DNA of 63,714 nt, the filler included, from Rhabdomonas costata (taxonomy: Eukaryota): the NCBI GenBank assembly GCA_019059605.1. It is 54 parts of 54 records of this genome, joined end to end, with 100 filler letters (N's around TTAATTAATTAA, not from the genome) between each part and the next. Parts side by side here need not be neighbours in the genome. Positions count along the whole stretch, not along the records: positions 23,638 to 24,719 come from JAHMHO010029568.1; positions 24,820 to 25,901 come from JAHMHO010029569.1; positions 26,002 to 27,083 come from JAHMHO010029570.1; positions 27,184 to 28,265 come from JAHMHO010029571.1; positions 28,366 to 29,446 come from JAHMHO010029572.1; positions 29,547 to 30,628 come from JAHMHO010029573.1; positions 30,729 to 31,810 come from JAHMHO010029574.1; positions 31,911 to 32,992 come from JAHMHO010029575.1; 46 more parts are not named here. One strand, given 5' to 3'. Made by a program: the position numbers and the translations under genes. The first letter of the stretch is position 1. Each line of letters starts with the position of its first letter. The notes beneath the pieces are model-generated. The model saw nothing but the letters and a program-made list of their open reading frames with translations. It searched no databases and was not told where the DNA came from. Shown piece by piece: positions 24,288 to 36,501 of this stretch.

Positions 24288-26320
24288 GTCCCCTCAGCGC
24301 CCACCCCAACCCTTCAGACAGGTTTTTTCCAAATCGTGTGAACAAGAAAGTATTTAAAATAGGAGGGACCCTTGTACCTTTTTAGGAAGGGAGGCGATAA
24401 ACGTTTAGCATTGCTGAACGGAGCTTTCACCCACTCCGTCGAACACAATCATCCTCTTGCTCCTGCGGCGGCAGCGCTCGCTCCCACCCCACCCCGAACG
24501 AAATGATACCGCCCCTTTTCTCTGCCCAGCACCGACATTTCAAAAAGAAAAATGCGCAAAAGCCAGAAGCGTTCCGCGCTGCTAATTGTTTTGGCGGTGC
24601 TCAACGTTTATCTCTCCCCTCCCGGAATACATTTGTCTCATCTGGGAAGTCGCGGTGCCCCACCGGCCACCCTTTAGGGTGGTCCTTGATGGGTACCATC
24701 ACCCCCCTTACCAAACAAANNNNNNNNNNNNNNNNNNNNNNNNNNNNNNNNNNNNNNNNNNNNTTAATTAATTAANNNNNNNNNNNNNNNNNNNNNNNNN
24801 NNNNNNNNNNNNNNNNNNNGGTGGTGTGTAAACGGGCACCATCGGTGTCCGCAGGCATTGCCGTGCAAGCACGTCAGTGTACAGATGAGCGATTTGTTGT
24901 GTGCGTGCACGCGTGCGTGCGTGCGTGCGTGCGTGCGTGTATCGGCGTCAGCTTTACCAGTAATGGCCACCGTGGAGGGCCGGGCCTTCGCGTTGAGGGC
25001 AGCCGCCACGACCATCTCCAGCAGCTCCGCCACAGCCCAGGGCTTCCGGCTGTGGTTTTGCTTCAGCCCCATGCAATTGGGGCACCCACTGCTACTCGAT
25101 GGGGTGTCCTCGGGGAGCACCCGAGAGAGGTCGCATAGCAGAGCAGTTTGTGGCCGAAACGGCACCTTAGGAAGTAAGAAGTGAGATAGGAAAGGGAGCG
25201 GCCTTTTCCAATGTCTTGGGCGGGAGAGCGTGAAATTCAATCAAGAAACGAAGATGGTGTCTGAAAGAAAGAAAAGAGAAGCGGAGATGATGCCCATCTT
25301 CACAACACAATGCGATGTCAGTCATTTAAGAAGCACACATACCAACCCCCGTTCACCTCAAGAGCCAAAAAATGCACGTGTGAACTACTGTGTGTGAACT
25401 ACTTCAGAATCCGGTCCCAGAAACTCATACCCCATCCTCGTGCAGCCATATCCGGTCCTTGAAGGTCAGCAGGGTCCACTCAGCCTCCACTGTGCTCAGG
25501 CTAACCAACGGCAGCAAAGGTCCCAGCTGAGACGAGCTCTAAACGGAACAAAAACGCAAACAGAAATAGAACGCACACAGCTCATCCCAGCTACCATCCC
25601 AACAGGGAGAAGAGATTAAAGAGGGCGACAAAAGTGACCAAAGGCAAAATGGACGGCCTATTTTTTTCTCAAAAACTATTTACTCCAATATTTTTTTCCA
25701 AACTTTTACAAAATTCTTAATTCGTAATATTTAAAAACACAAAGCCCGGCTCTGGAGCACATGCACCAGGGGCACAACGGACTCCTATTCTGAAACATTC
25801 GAATTAAACAGAGGTGACCCTTGGCAAGAGAAACGCGCACGTCAAATCGAGGCACAGAAACAAGAAAATACGGGCTCATGTGAAGAGTGTTACCACAAAA
25901 CNNNNNNNNNNNNNNNNNNNNNNNNNNNNNNNNNNNNNNNNNNNNTTAATTAATTAANNNNNNNNNNNNNNNNNNNNNNNNNNNNNNNNNNNNNNNNNNN
26001 NGTTTTCCACACGCCACACGCGTGCGCATGCAAAACACAAAAGGGCAATCCGCACCAAAACAGAACCAGCACCGCTTTGTCAAGCGCGCAAATCAGTCGG
26101 TACACGATACACAGGTGGCTACGAGTGAGCCGAATGGCAAAACGTCAATGGTGCATTGACCATTGTTGCAGCGGGTGCAATTTTTTTCTGCCACGGCGAA
26201 GGGACAGAATCTAAATGCAAGCGGTTTGCGTTCATGGCAAAAACAGTGAGAGTGGGACTTGCGCATATTACAGTTTCTTGAGCAACCAGTCAGCAACCAA
26301 AAAAAACAGTAAGCCAATAC

Positions 26321-26496
26321 TTGTGCTCAGATTGAAAAGTGTAGTCCAGCTTAACAATGAACGGATGCTTGGAGCGTTTCAGCACGCTGCGCTCGCTGAA
26401 GAGGTCCCGCACGCGGCCACTGTCCAGCACGCTGGCCTTGTCGACGACCTTCATCGCGAACTGCTGCTTGGTGTCAGTCTTCCGCACGAGCACCAC
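26321..26496 (-). CDS. Exon of an AGC-group Ser/Thr protein kinase (subdomains I-V)
   Basis: VVLVRKTDTKQQFAMKVVDK...SERSVLKRSKHPFIVKLDYTFQSEHK contains the AMK lysine, the helix-C Glu and HPFIVKL. Borders cacag| and |GTATTG. Confidence 0.92.
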
Positions 26497-27405
26497 CTGT
26501 GAAGGAGGTCGTGACGGGTGCCCGAAGTTTGTGTGGAAAACTCTGTGCATTCCGACCTCTCTCAACGCCCGAATTGGAAGAATGCCCATCAAAAATGGTG
26601 AATCTTATTCACGAGGGTGTGGTGGCGGTATCGGCATCACCTTAGATCGGTAAATGCGTGGCCTGAAAGTCATTACGACTTCTGAAAGTCAGAATAGCTA
26701 TCTGTGAATGTATTAGCGCATCGAGATCGAATACTGATGACAACTAGGAAGACCGAAAAGTGCGGCAGCAAAGCTACATACTGAATGCCTTTGCAATGGT
26801 CCTTTCAGCGTGCTTCCACACCGTCTCACAACCAATCTTTGTCCCATTGCAGCCCTTAACCACCCCCTCCCAAAAAAAATATCCCCCTGTCCTCCCTTAC
26901 ACGCAATCTTCCGTACCGCGCTGTCGATAATGGGCTTAAAACTGTGCATCCGATGTCAGGGGCCTTCTTGGGGTTAATAAAAACACTCATCGAGCCACCG
27001 TCGAGCAGTATAAAAATGCCTGTATCGGAGAACGACGGGATCAAAGGGAGAGTCATGCCTTGCCGAACTTGCCAACCCCACCCNNNNNNNNNNNNNNNNN
27101 NNNNNNNNNNNNNNNNNNNNNNNNNNNTTAATTAATTAANNNNNNNNNNNNNNNNNNNNNNNNNNNNNNNNNNNNNNNNNNNNGTGTTGGGTGTGGGTGG
27201 GGGTGTGGGTGCAGTGGTGGTGGGGAGCCTGTCAACATAGTGACATGACAGTGCTGGCAGTGGGGTGCTTGCGCTTGTGATTGGCTATGGGCACAAGTGA
27301 GAGCGCTGGGTGACAAGGGCACCTCATGGACTGCACATGCTTGTGTGTGAGAGACAGAGTGAGACTGGTGGAATGGCGGTGAGGGCAAAAGTGAGCGGCG
27401 CGTGC

Positions 27406-28208
27406 CTCGAGGGTTTTTCGGGCTGGGGGCGGGGCGGCCTCGGCAGCTCCGGAGAAGAGCTCCCGGATGTGCAGCAGGCCCTCCTTGGTGATGCCCTGCA
27501 GGCTCTGGATCACGGAGTCCAGCGCGGGCAGCACGGACTCTACGTGGTTGGCCATCTTCTCTCGCACTATTGGAATGTGTGCGCAAAGGTGGGGGAGGGA
27601 CAACACCGTTCTTGCAGTAAAAATCAATCTCCTCACAATGAAAAATGGAATGCAATGATTGATTAATGGCGCGCCAAGTTCCATGACAAAAACGCGCGAT
27701 ATCTGATTCAATTAGTTGAGGAAGGAAATCTCTCTCTCCTGCAAACGGTTCAAGTGGAGCTCAAAAGTGCTGCGCACTACACGCACACGCATTCACCACA
27801 ACTGCAACAGAGCGTTGAGGATGCGCCCCCCATCCCGCAAGCACCGAACACTGAGTACTTGCCATCCTTCACGGATGCACTTTCCGGTTGCCGACGGGCA
27901 AACAAAGGCAAACTACAGACGCAGAGACCCCCGCACACAAACTCGGCATGACCGCCTTTTTGCGGAGACAAAACACACAACCACCTCAACAGGAAATTTG
28001 CAAAAAGCAACCTGCACACACACACACACACACCATCCCGCTTGGTGGCCTTCAGTCGGGTCAGCTGGGCGTCCACTGCGACCACGGCGCGCTGCTGCAG
28101 CTCAATCACCTTGCGCTTCTCAGGGATAACCTTCTTGCGCAGCGCAGTGAGGTCCACCTCGAGCTGCGCCAGCTGGGGCTCGATGTCAACCTGCACGTCT
28201 GCGGAGAG
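27406..28208 (-). CDS. Two exons (28208-28034, 27566-27406) of a protein resembling dynein heavy-chain stalk CC1 and the start of the microtubule-binding domain
   Basis: Coiled coil, then ESVLPALDSVIQSLQGITKEGLLHIRELF...PPPARKTLE, compared with the dynein pattern ALPALEAAxxALxxLxKxDIxEIK..PPxxVKxVME. Phase-1 GT-AG join. Confidence 0.5.
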
Positions 28209-29625
28209 CTGCGGACGGACACATAAAGCATACCCCAACACCACACCTGACTCCTACCCCCAAAANNNNNNNNNNNNNNNNNNNNNNNNNNNNNNNNNNN
28301 NNNNNNNNNTTAATTAATTAANNNNNNNNNNNNNNNNNNNNNNNNNNNNNNNNNNNNNNNNNNNNCCCCCCCCCCCCCCCTCAATACAACAGCCCCATTG
28401 ATTCAGACGAGGCAACAGCCACCTGTCGCCCCAAACTGTCTTTGGCGTTGACATCAGCTATGCTATGCAGGAAGGAATTGAAGTTGACCCACCGTTGCCG
28501 GTGACGGTGAAATGCGGCATTCTCAATTTTACACAACAGCAGCTCCTCCCAGTTATTTGCGGGAGAGGACCTTCGCGAGCAGAGCGGGGTCGGAGGGGAG
28601 CGACGGAAGCTCCGCCACAACCGCGGCTGGGGTCAAGGCAGCGTTGATTCCTGCAAAGGAGACGCAATTTGGGGGCGCCACATGAACTTACCTTCAAAAG
28701 GAAAAAAAGGAAGAAAAAGCAAGAAAAAGGAAGAAAAAACGCCGGTCCATTCCGCCTCGTGGGATTGATGTGCTTCATTCGGACGCTCGGACCTCGGAGG
28801 TCAGGTTAGGGTGCGGAATGGGGGTGTTGGTGGGATCCGCAGAGCACGGGACCACACCTCCCAGCATTGGGCTGCGCCAAAACACCAAGACAAGCAAGAG
28901 AAGATTCTTTTCCAATTCTGATTCCTCGCCCCTCGCCCGTCCACCCATTTTAACTCAAAAACTCGACCCCCCACCCCTCCTTCAGACGTTCACAAGTGCA
29001 CAACAAGCACTGTTGACTCATGCATGAAGGCACAGAAGAACTGAGGGGGTACAAGAGCAATGCGCAAGTCCCCTGGGGTTTTTTCCACGATTCTTCTTGG
29101 TGCTTTCCAATATCTTGCGTACTGGGTCTGAGCCAAAGCAACACAAAATGACATCTGGCAACTTTATACGGCAGGGGTTCGTGTTTGCTCTGCGAGGGCT
29201 AATCTCAAAATATCAGATCAGTGTATCCTAACAATCTCTTTCACAGACATAAAGACGCGGCGGTTTCCATAGCCCGTCAAGAAACCCCCAAAAGGTGCGG
29301 AACGGAGGTGAACACGGGAGTTCGAAAGCTTATCGATTCTAGTGGAATAGCCCAATGCGTCCTACGTACGAGCCATGACCATAGCGCAGTGACGAGAAGA
29401 GGCTGAAGGGCAAGGATCTTCGGTGTAAGGCTGAAACTCGACCCCCNNNNNNNNNNNNNNNNNNNNNNNNNNNNNNNNNNNNNNNNNNNNTTAATTAATT
29501 AANNNNNNNNNNNNNNNNNNNNNNNNNNNNNNNNNNNNNNNNNNNNTGTGGTGTGGGCTACCACGTGCTGCTGGGGCTGTTTGGGACCTCCTACCTGAAG
29601 GCCATGGTCCGCACGGGGGCCTCAC

Positions 29626-30625
29626 CATCACCCCCCGCCGGACCATGGCCTTCAGGTAGGAGGTCCCAAACAGCCCCAGCAGCACGTGGTAGCCCACTGC
29701 ACGTCCCGCCCATGCGGCCAGCTATAAGCAAGGGGTGGGGAAACCCTCCCTTTGGGCTTGCCAGAGGCCGTCTTAAAATCTAAAGCACCTCATGTCGTGA
29801 TCAAAGGGGACTGGTGACGGATTCCAGTATTGAATCAGCGGTAGCGGTTGGCTCTTGAGGTATTACCTCATTCTGGATTCATCGTGTGGTTGTGCAGTCC
29901 TGGTCATTGGAGTGCGATTTCGTGCATTTTCAGCTGGGGGAGGGAAAATGGAAGTTTAACTTATCAGTTATATAGTGGAGAGTTGTGTTTGTTCAACAAT
30001 ATTTCCTGATAGGACATTTTACAGAACACTTGAGGCATGTACTACAATGTTATCGGAGTCCGAGCAGGCGGCTAAGGCAAGGACATTGCCCTGGCCCACA
30101 CTGGGACCTTCTATGGCGATGAATGTCAATTGGAAGCACATTCAGCAGGGGTCTGCAAGGCAGAGCCTCAACCTCATGATTCACCGTATAGGGCGTTCCG
30201 TTATAACGTTTAACGCCCCCCCCCCGCTCCAAGATGCCGGAAACATTCGCTAAAAGTCTCCAGCGGACTCCCGCTGACCATCAAGAATGGAAGACAAAGC
30301 CCAAACTGTCTTCCGCAAATCCAACGAGGAGCCCCCTCCCCCGAAACATTCGCTCAGAGGTCGCAGAGCAAAGGTGGAGCTGCTGCCGTATCAGCAGCCA
30401 GACGTACACGTAGTACTGCCAAAGAGTCAGGCCCGCGATGGCTACCACGGCGGCACGGCCCCGGTGGCGGGCGTAGGTCCGGGCCAAGGGGTAGTCATGG
30501 TCTACCAGGTGAGCCATTGTAGTACACGTCCCGAACAGGAAGTTAATCCCCATTAGCACCACCGGCAGGAACGCCAGCACAATGATCACCTCAAACGCAA
30601 CCTCCATCGCGTTCAGAAACCACAA
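29626..30625 (-). CDS. Exons of a membrane protein, possibly a DHHC palmitoyltransferase N-terminal TM region (~30625-30350 and 29721-29626)
   Basis: LTLWQYYVYVWLLI and GYHVLLGLFGTSYLKAM resemble TM1/TM2 of DHHC enzymes. The DHHC motif is not visible and the joining donor is unresolved. Confidence 0.4.
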
Positions 30626-31392
30626 AACNNNNNNNNNNNNNNNNNNNNNNNNNNNNNNNNNNNNNNNNNNNNTTAATTAATTAANNNNNNNNNNNNNNNN
30701 NNNNNNNNNNNNNNNNNNNNNNNNNNNNTGTGTTGGGTGTGGGTGGTGTGGGTTTTCTCTCTGACAGAGAATGGGAAGTTCTTTTCTCATTTTGTCAGGG
30801 AACATGTTTTCAGAGGCGTTTCAGAAGCTGTTTCCTCCGGGCTTGTGTGTGGGTCTTGCGGAGGCCATCGAGGAATTTCGTCATCAGTGAAACCCAGAGC
30901 AGTCTGTCAATTTTGTTGTGTGTTATCTTCATTGTATTATGAAATGCACACATCGCAGCTTACACAGTCACATATTTCGTGGGGAAAGTGTGCTGTTTGA
31001 TTCACAAAGATTATGTGTTTGCTGTTCGCACTAAATCGACTTTCACAGATCGAAGTCTATGTGGTCTTTTCTTGACGAGCGGGTTTTGGTTGATTACTAT
31101 TTGCCTTTGCTCCTTTGTGCACGCGAAGAAACGGAGGGTTCTTCCCAACCTAGAGGACGTGATTTGGTTCGTGATATTTGTGGTAAACAGGCAGATTTCT
31201 CTACCGATCAATTTTTACTGGCGCACAGAATCTGTTGCTATGAGAAGGTGGAGGGGAGGGACGAAACAGAACGGTGAGGCAAAACACAAATCTAACTCAA
31301 AGCAAAACAGAGCCAGGCGGTGTTTTGCAGTACGGTGGGTTAACATTGGACGTTACATATTGGTGACTGAGTGCTCTCCATGGATACTTCAG

Positions 31393-31806
31393 CTTGAGCG
31401 ACTCAACGCGCTCTCCACTCCACACGCGACCTCCTGGACTGCATCTAGTGCAATGGAAAACTCACTCAGCGCAGAGGAGTTTCGGTGTGGATTGAAATGG
31501 ATCTTGGGTCTTCCCTTTCGGGATGGGTGCTATCGCTGCCCCGACTGCGGTCACACAGCAGACAAGTACGGTGTCCACGCCGTCACCTGCCTCCGTTCAG
31601 GAGCCATTGGTCGTGGCCACACTTTGCTTCGTGACACCTTAGGACGGCTTCTGGAGCACAGTGGTGTTGAGGTCGCCTGGGAGAAGCCTCCCTCCTGCCG
31701 ATCAGGGGCAGCGCCCTGGAGATCTGATTTTTCTGTGGAGAGGCAAGCAACGTGCTCTGGACTGCACTATCATCACCACAGTGCGTCCCTCAGCAGCTGG
31801 CCCCAA
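31393..31806 (+). mobile_element. Fragment of a CRE-clade non-LTR retrotransposon (Zn finger + restriction-like endonuclease), frameshifted
   Basis: LSAEEFRCGLKWILGLP...CPDCGHTADKYGVHAVTC...HTLLRD...E, then after a frameshift near 31685 RPGD...GKQRALDCTI. This is the CCHC plus PD..D RLE signature. Confidence 0.8.
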
Positions 31807-32253
31807 CAACNNNNNNNNNNNNNNNNNNNNNNNNNNNNNNNNNNNNNNNNNNNNTTAATTAATTAANNNNNNNNNNNNNNNNNNNNNNNNNNNNNNNNNN
31901 NNNNNNNNNNTTGTGGGGACAGTTGTGACGATTTTTGCTGGAAAGGTCGAAAAGAAATTTTCCAGAACAATCGAAAATTTCGAATTTCGCATCCAGTTTT
32001 GAATGGGAGGTGCGGGTGGTGTTACCCTGCCCGCCACCTTCATTCGGGGTCATCATTTATTGCGAGTAATCAGCCTTATTGAGTAAGGGCTCTGCTCTTG
32101 CGCTTGTCTTTGTTTGCAGAACTCTTCAGCTTTTTATCGCCCAGTCGATCAATCCATCGTTTTAAAGTTGGCTCGAGCTTCAGTTCCTTTCCGTTTGCCT
32201 TCCTCTGTTTTGCGTTGCCGCCTTTTGGTTGAAGAGCAGTGAGGCAGAGAGAA

Positions 32254-32934
32254 ATGTCGCGACGTGGCAAGCCATCCTCCTCCCAGCCTGTGAAGTTCAC
32301 CGCGGTGATACTCGCTGACACCTTTACTCATGACTTCCGGCCGATCTCCTATGACTGCCCTAGGGCCCTAATGCCCGTGGTCAACGTCCCCATGCTGGAC
32401 TACACCCTTGGTCTGCATACGAGGCGCATCATTTTTCGACTTCCGTTTTAAATAAGAAAGGAGAAACCATAGTTCGGACAGCTTGGTTTGCCTTGATAAA
32501 GAACACGGTGAATACAACGGAATCCTTGGAGATTCATGGCCCAGCACTTTTAAAAAAACACATACACCGCTGACCTCCCGCTAAAATCTGAATCCTGTGT
32601 ATATGTTGCACACCTTAAGATCATGAGCCCAGAAAGACCTTCCCCTTTCGGAGTGGGTCCCATAGGTTTTCCTAATCTCCTTCCTTTCCTTTCACACACC
32701 TTTTTCCATCCATAGCCTTGCGCACACCTTCTGAACTCGTAAACCTCACAACATTAACACCATCCATCTCAACGCGTTTTGATATTTGTGGTGGTGGTTT
32801 TTGCCGAGGTCATTTTTACGTTTTCAGAATTCCTCACTTCAAATGGATTTGATGAGCTCGTCCTCTTCACCAGCTCCCACAGCAGGGCCATCCAAGATCA
32901 CATTCAGGCCAGCCGCTGGGCAAACTCAGAAGAA
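32254..32934 (+). CDS. EIF2B5: Translation initiation factor eIF2B epsilon subunit, exons 1-2 (32254-32410, 32828-32934)
   Basis: AVILADTFTHDFRPISYDCPRALMPVVNVPMLDYTL-E-FLTSNGFDELVLFTSSHSRAIQDHIQASRW is the conserved GCD6/eIF2Be N-terminus. Phase-1 GT-AG intron. Confidence 0.93.
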
Positions 32935-33092
32935 GTGTGCCAAGATGCCTTCACCTGCACGCGCCACTTTTGAGCAGCCTGGGTGCTTTGGTNNNNNNNN
33001 NNNNNNNNNNNNNNNNNNNNNNNNNNNNNNNNNNNNTTAATTAATTAANNNNNNNNNNNNNNNNNNNNNNNNNNNNNNNNNNNNNNNNNNNN

Positions 33093-34081
33093 ATTCCAAT
33101 GGATCTGGGCACAATACTGGCACGTGTGATAGGAAATTTTCCGTTAGTTAATTACCTGCATCTGATCTTTTATGGCTTCTGTCTCGTTTTTTTGGGACGG
33201 CCTGTTGCAAGCACGCTATTCCTCTGCGCAGACGGTCTGTAATGATGTCCAAAGGGTTTGGGATAATTGTTACCTGTACAACCCTTCACACTATCCGATT
33301 GTGGCAATGGCTGATCGAATGGAGGACTTTGCTCGCGCCCAGTTTCGGAGTCTGCTACCTGAGGTTCGCTTGTCTCGAAGAGTGCGATATGTACCCTCAC
33401 AAAGACGACCCACCGCATACACCACCGCTGAACCATCAGGTTGGGTTTGCATACACTGTACATTTGTATTTGTCCTTGTTTGCTTTGTTGTTCACCTTTG
33501 ATGTTGTCTGCACAGGCACAGAGGAAGGCACGAAGGTTGGAACCAGAAGCCGCCTTAAAAGACGGCAAGATCAGAATTTCATGGTTGCGAGTGGGTGTGC
33601 CGAGGGAACGCGTCTCACCTCTTTGAGAAAGAAGCTCAAGCAGGAAATAAATCTGGAACAGTCTGCACAGGAATCCCCAAAGACGGTTGATGTCACGGCA
33701 CTGAATGTGAACGCTCTGGAAGAATCAGCGAAGGCAGTATCGTCCCTGTCTGTTCAACAAACCCCTTCCGAAGAGCACTCCACTGCTCTGGAGCAACAGC
33801 TGGCGACCTTCGCTCAGCTGCTGGGTGAAGTGAAGCGGTTTGCTGGAGCTGGACACAGGTCTCAACACGTCACGTAACCATTCACCAGACGTCCCCCCCT
33901 CTTTACAAAAACAGATGCCGTGGTGCAGCTCCGAACTACCTGTCGTTTTTTTTGCAGCCATGTCACTGCTGACCGCTGTTGTCTGCAAAACAAGATCGCA
34001 CATCAACTCGATCCAGAAGACCTTTCAGGAGTGCTGGATATCATCATGTTCGCAGACCCCATGTTGTTGCTTCACCCAAAG
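33093..34081 (+). CDS. BET-family protein, bromodomain + ET domain (exons ~33093-33119, ~33196-33439, 33516-33858, 33958-34081)
   Basis: PMDLGTI...RY....V.NDVQRVWDNCYLYN is a bromodomain with the conserved Asn. LQNKIAHQLDPEDLSGVLDII...DP is ET-like. Introns 2 and 3 are GT-AG and phase-compatible; intron 1 is ambiguous. Confidence 0.85.
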
Positions 34082-34872
34082 GTCCGCAATTTCGTGTTAT
34101 CCCTCACTCTCATTCATTCTGCTTTATGCAAAAGACCCCAGGCCTACTTCGGTTTACTTCGGTTCCCAACACCCNNNNNNNNNNNNNNNNNNNNNNNNNN
34201 NNNNNNNNNNNNNNNNNNTTAATTAATTAANNNNNNNNNNNNNNNNNNNNNNNNNNNNNNNNNNNNNNNNNNNNGGGGTGTGGTGACCTTGGGTGGTTTT
34301 CCCAGGGTGTGTGTGTCCAAGTGGAGTGCGGTGGGTTTCCCAGGAGGTGTGTTCAAGTGGAGTGCGAAAAAAGTCGGTCCTGACCATAGTTGCATAGTTA
34401 TGAAATGCCTTCGCAGGGTAGTAATTTTCATTACAAAGTTGGTTTTCTGCGCAAACTTTTGTTTCTCGCATGAAATTTACAAAACTCTTCCCGTAACCAG
34501 TGACCAGTGACCCGGTCATCGTACATCACGGAACACAGGGAATGAGAGATACATATGTGTGACTGTGATGGAAAGGAGAGGGAAGGTGCGGAACTTCAGG
34601 AATCACAGCTAATCACAATCAGCGCTGTGAATCAGCAAGACGACCGTTATATCTGTGTGGCAGGTTGTCCTGTTGAAGTTCTTCTCTGTGTGGCAAGTTG
34701 TCCTGTTGTTTTCGTTTTTTTTGAGTTGGCAATCATTCGTGGCTTCTCATTGCAACCCCGAAATACTACCCCTGCACACGTACACGCACATACTCGAACT
34801 CGCTGTTGTGGTGCTCGGCCGCTTCGGCGCGCTCTTCTCGCTTCTCCTTCTGCTTCGGGCGCTGCTGCATAG

Positions 34873-35036
34873 GGCCTCTTGGAGCAGTCGTTGATATTGG
34901 GTACTGCATCTATGGGCTCCTTCCCCAGGAGGAGGTGCCCTTCCCGAAAGCCCAGTGGACCTCCCTCACTGAGGACCAAGAGCCCCTGTCGGCGCAGTTC
35001 TATGTCGTGTCTCTCGCAGAGAACGCCAACGGAGAG
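34873..35036 (+). CDS. Exon encoding part of an S1 RNA-binding domain
   Basis: GAVVDIGYCIYGLLPQEEV matches the S1 motif GAxVDIG..xGLLPxxE. Borders catag| and |GTGCAT. Confidence 0.7.
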
Positions 35037-35736
35037 GTGCATGTGCGTGTGCGCGTTTGATGCTGCGTCCTGGCAGGTACGGTATGTGCGTGGTGAGCTC
35101 GAACGGATGTGGCTTAGAGAAAACGCATGCTTTGTGATCTCGGCTTGGCTCCCCACAAATCTTGGCGAGATGTGAGGATTCATGTGTAGAAACGTAGAAC
35201 ACCCATTACATTATCCATCCGCTAAATCTTTGCGCGCGCCTTGCACCCTGCACAAGTTATTGAGCTGTGTTCCTTGTTGCCATTTTGGGGCTGAAGGGGG
35301 GGACAGGGATGCGTATCCTTTCCCGGAATTGCCTGCGTTGCTTTACCACACCACCNNNNNNNNNNNNNNNNNNNNNNNNNNNNNNNNNNNNNNNNNNNNT
35401 TAATTAATTAANNNNNNNNNNNNNNNNNNNNNNNNNNNNNNNNNNNNNNNNNNNNGGTGTGGTGCAGAGAATGCGAAGCTCTGGCTCTTTTTTATTCACG
35501 TTATTACGTATTCTGAGATTTCCTTTTCGGTGCTGTTATATTTCTCTATAACTCATGTTTGTAGTGTGTGTGTGTGTGTGTGTGTGTGTGTTAGTTTGAC
35601 AGATAAACTTTGTGAGGTTCTTTGTCCCCCCAAATTTACACCTCTGGGTACACCTCCGATGATAATTTCGTCCCCGGGTCTCGACTCAGTTATGTTAATT
35701 CAACCGTGTCTCACCATCTCTCTCTTTTTGTCAAAG

Positions 35737-36501
35737 TGACATCCACCCCGGGTAACCCCACCAGCGTGGCCGTGCTGAAGGGATCGCTCTCCCCCCATGA
35801 GTGCACCGTCTGTTGGGCCCCCCCTCTGGCCGACGACCTGAACTCTCTTCAGTACCGGTCTGTTTGTGCACAAATCCCTCTTTGTTGTGTTGAGGTAGAA
35901 TGGTCCTCCTGCAGCTCCCAGGATGCCTTGTGTTCCTGCCTGCGGACCTAAGTTCCACTCGGATGGGGTAATATTTGAATGACGGGATAGGACCACTTTC
36001 TCTGACCGAAATCTTCTCCCCCATGAGTGGGCCGTTTTTCTTTGTGTTCTTGTGTCAAGCCCTGCTAATTTGCTTTGGTCGCACGACAATCATGCCTACC
36101 ACCGCTCCAGGACCGCATCAGTATTCCCGCATGCACTCACTCAGTATCTCGGGGGTGGGGGGTGGGGTGGGGTGTTATGCCAGCACTGGAAAGGAATTCA
36201 TGGCATGGTTAAGGTAAAGACGTGTCGTCTCAGTCTCCCTTGGCCGAGTTTTCACATGGTAGACATCGTATGAGGGTGCATCCACCACCGGAAAAACAGG
36301 ATCTGGCTAAGCCGCGATGGCGGGCGGGCCTTTGCACCTGTGGGGGAGCTGCAGGGCAGCACCCGCTTCCGGATTTCTGACCTGACCCCAAACACCCTCT
36401 ACGAGGTCTACGTCACCACGGTCCTGCCCGACGGCTACGACACCCCGGATCAAAAGTTGGCCAAGCTAAAGTTCATGACGAAGACTGACCTTGGCGGGGA
36501 G
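35737..36501 (+). CDS. Fibronectin type III domain protein, two exons (35737-35857, 36300-36501)
   Basis: PGNPTSV...CTVCWAPP...QY-R-IW...FRISDLTPNTLYEVYV shows the FN3 Trp, Tyr and LxPxTxY motifs. Phase-2 GT-AG join. Confidence 0.88.

Noticed and set aside
29553..29697. Perfect 59-bp hairpin duplicating coding sequence, resembling a miRNA/siRNA precursor
   Set aside because: It starts at the contig edge next to a G/T tail and is an exact inverted copy of the adjacent exon, so it is a fold-back artefact like those at three other contig ends.
35505..35535. TTCTGAG...TTTTCG|GT, faintly like the Euglena spliced-leader exon
   Set aside because: Only short partial matches, located in an apparent intron of the FN3 gene, with no supporting SL RNA structure seen.
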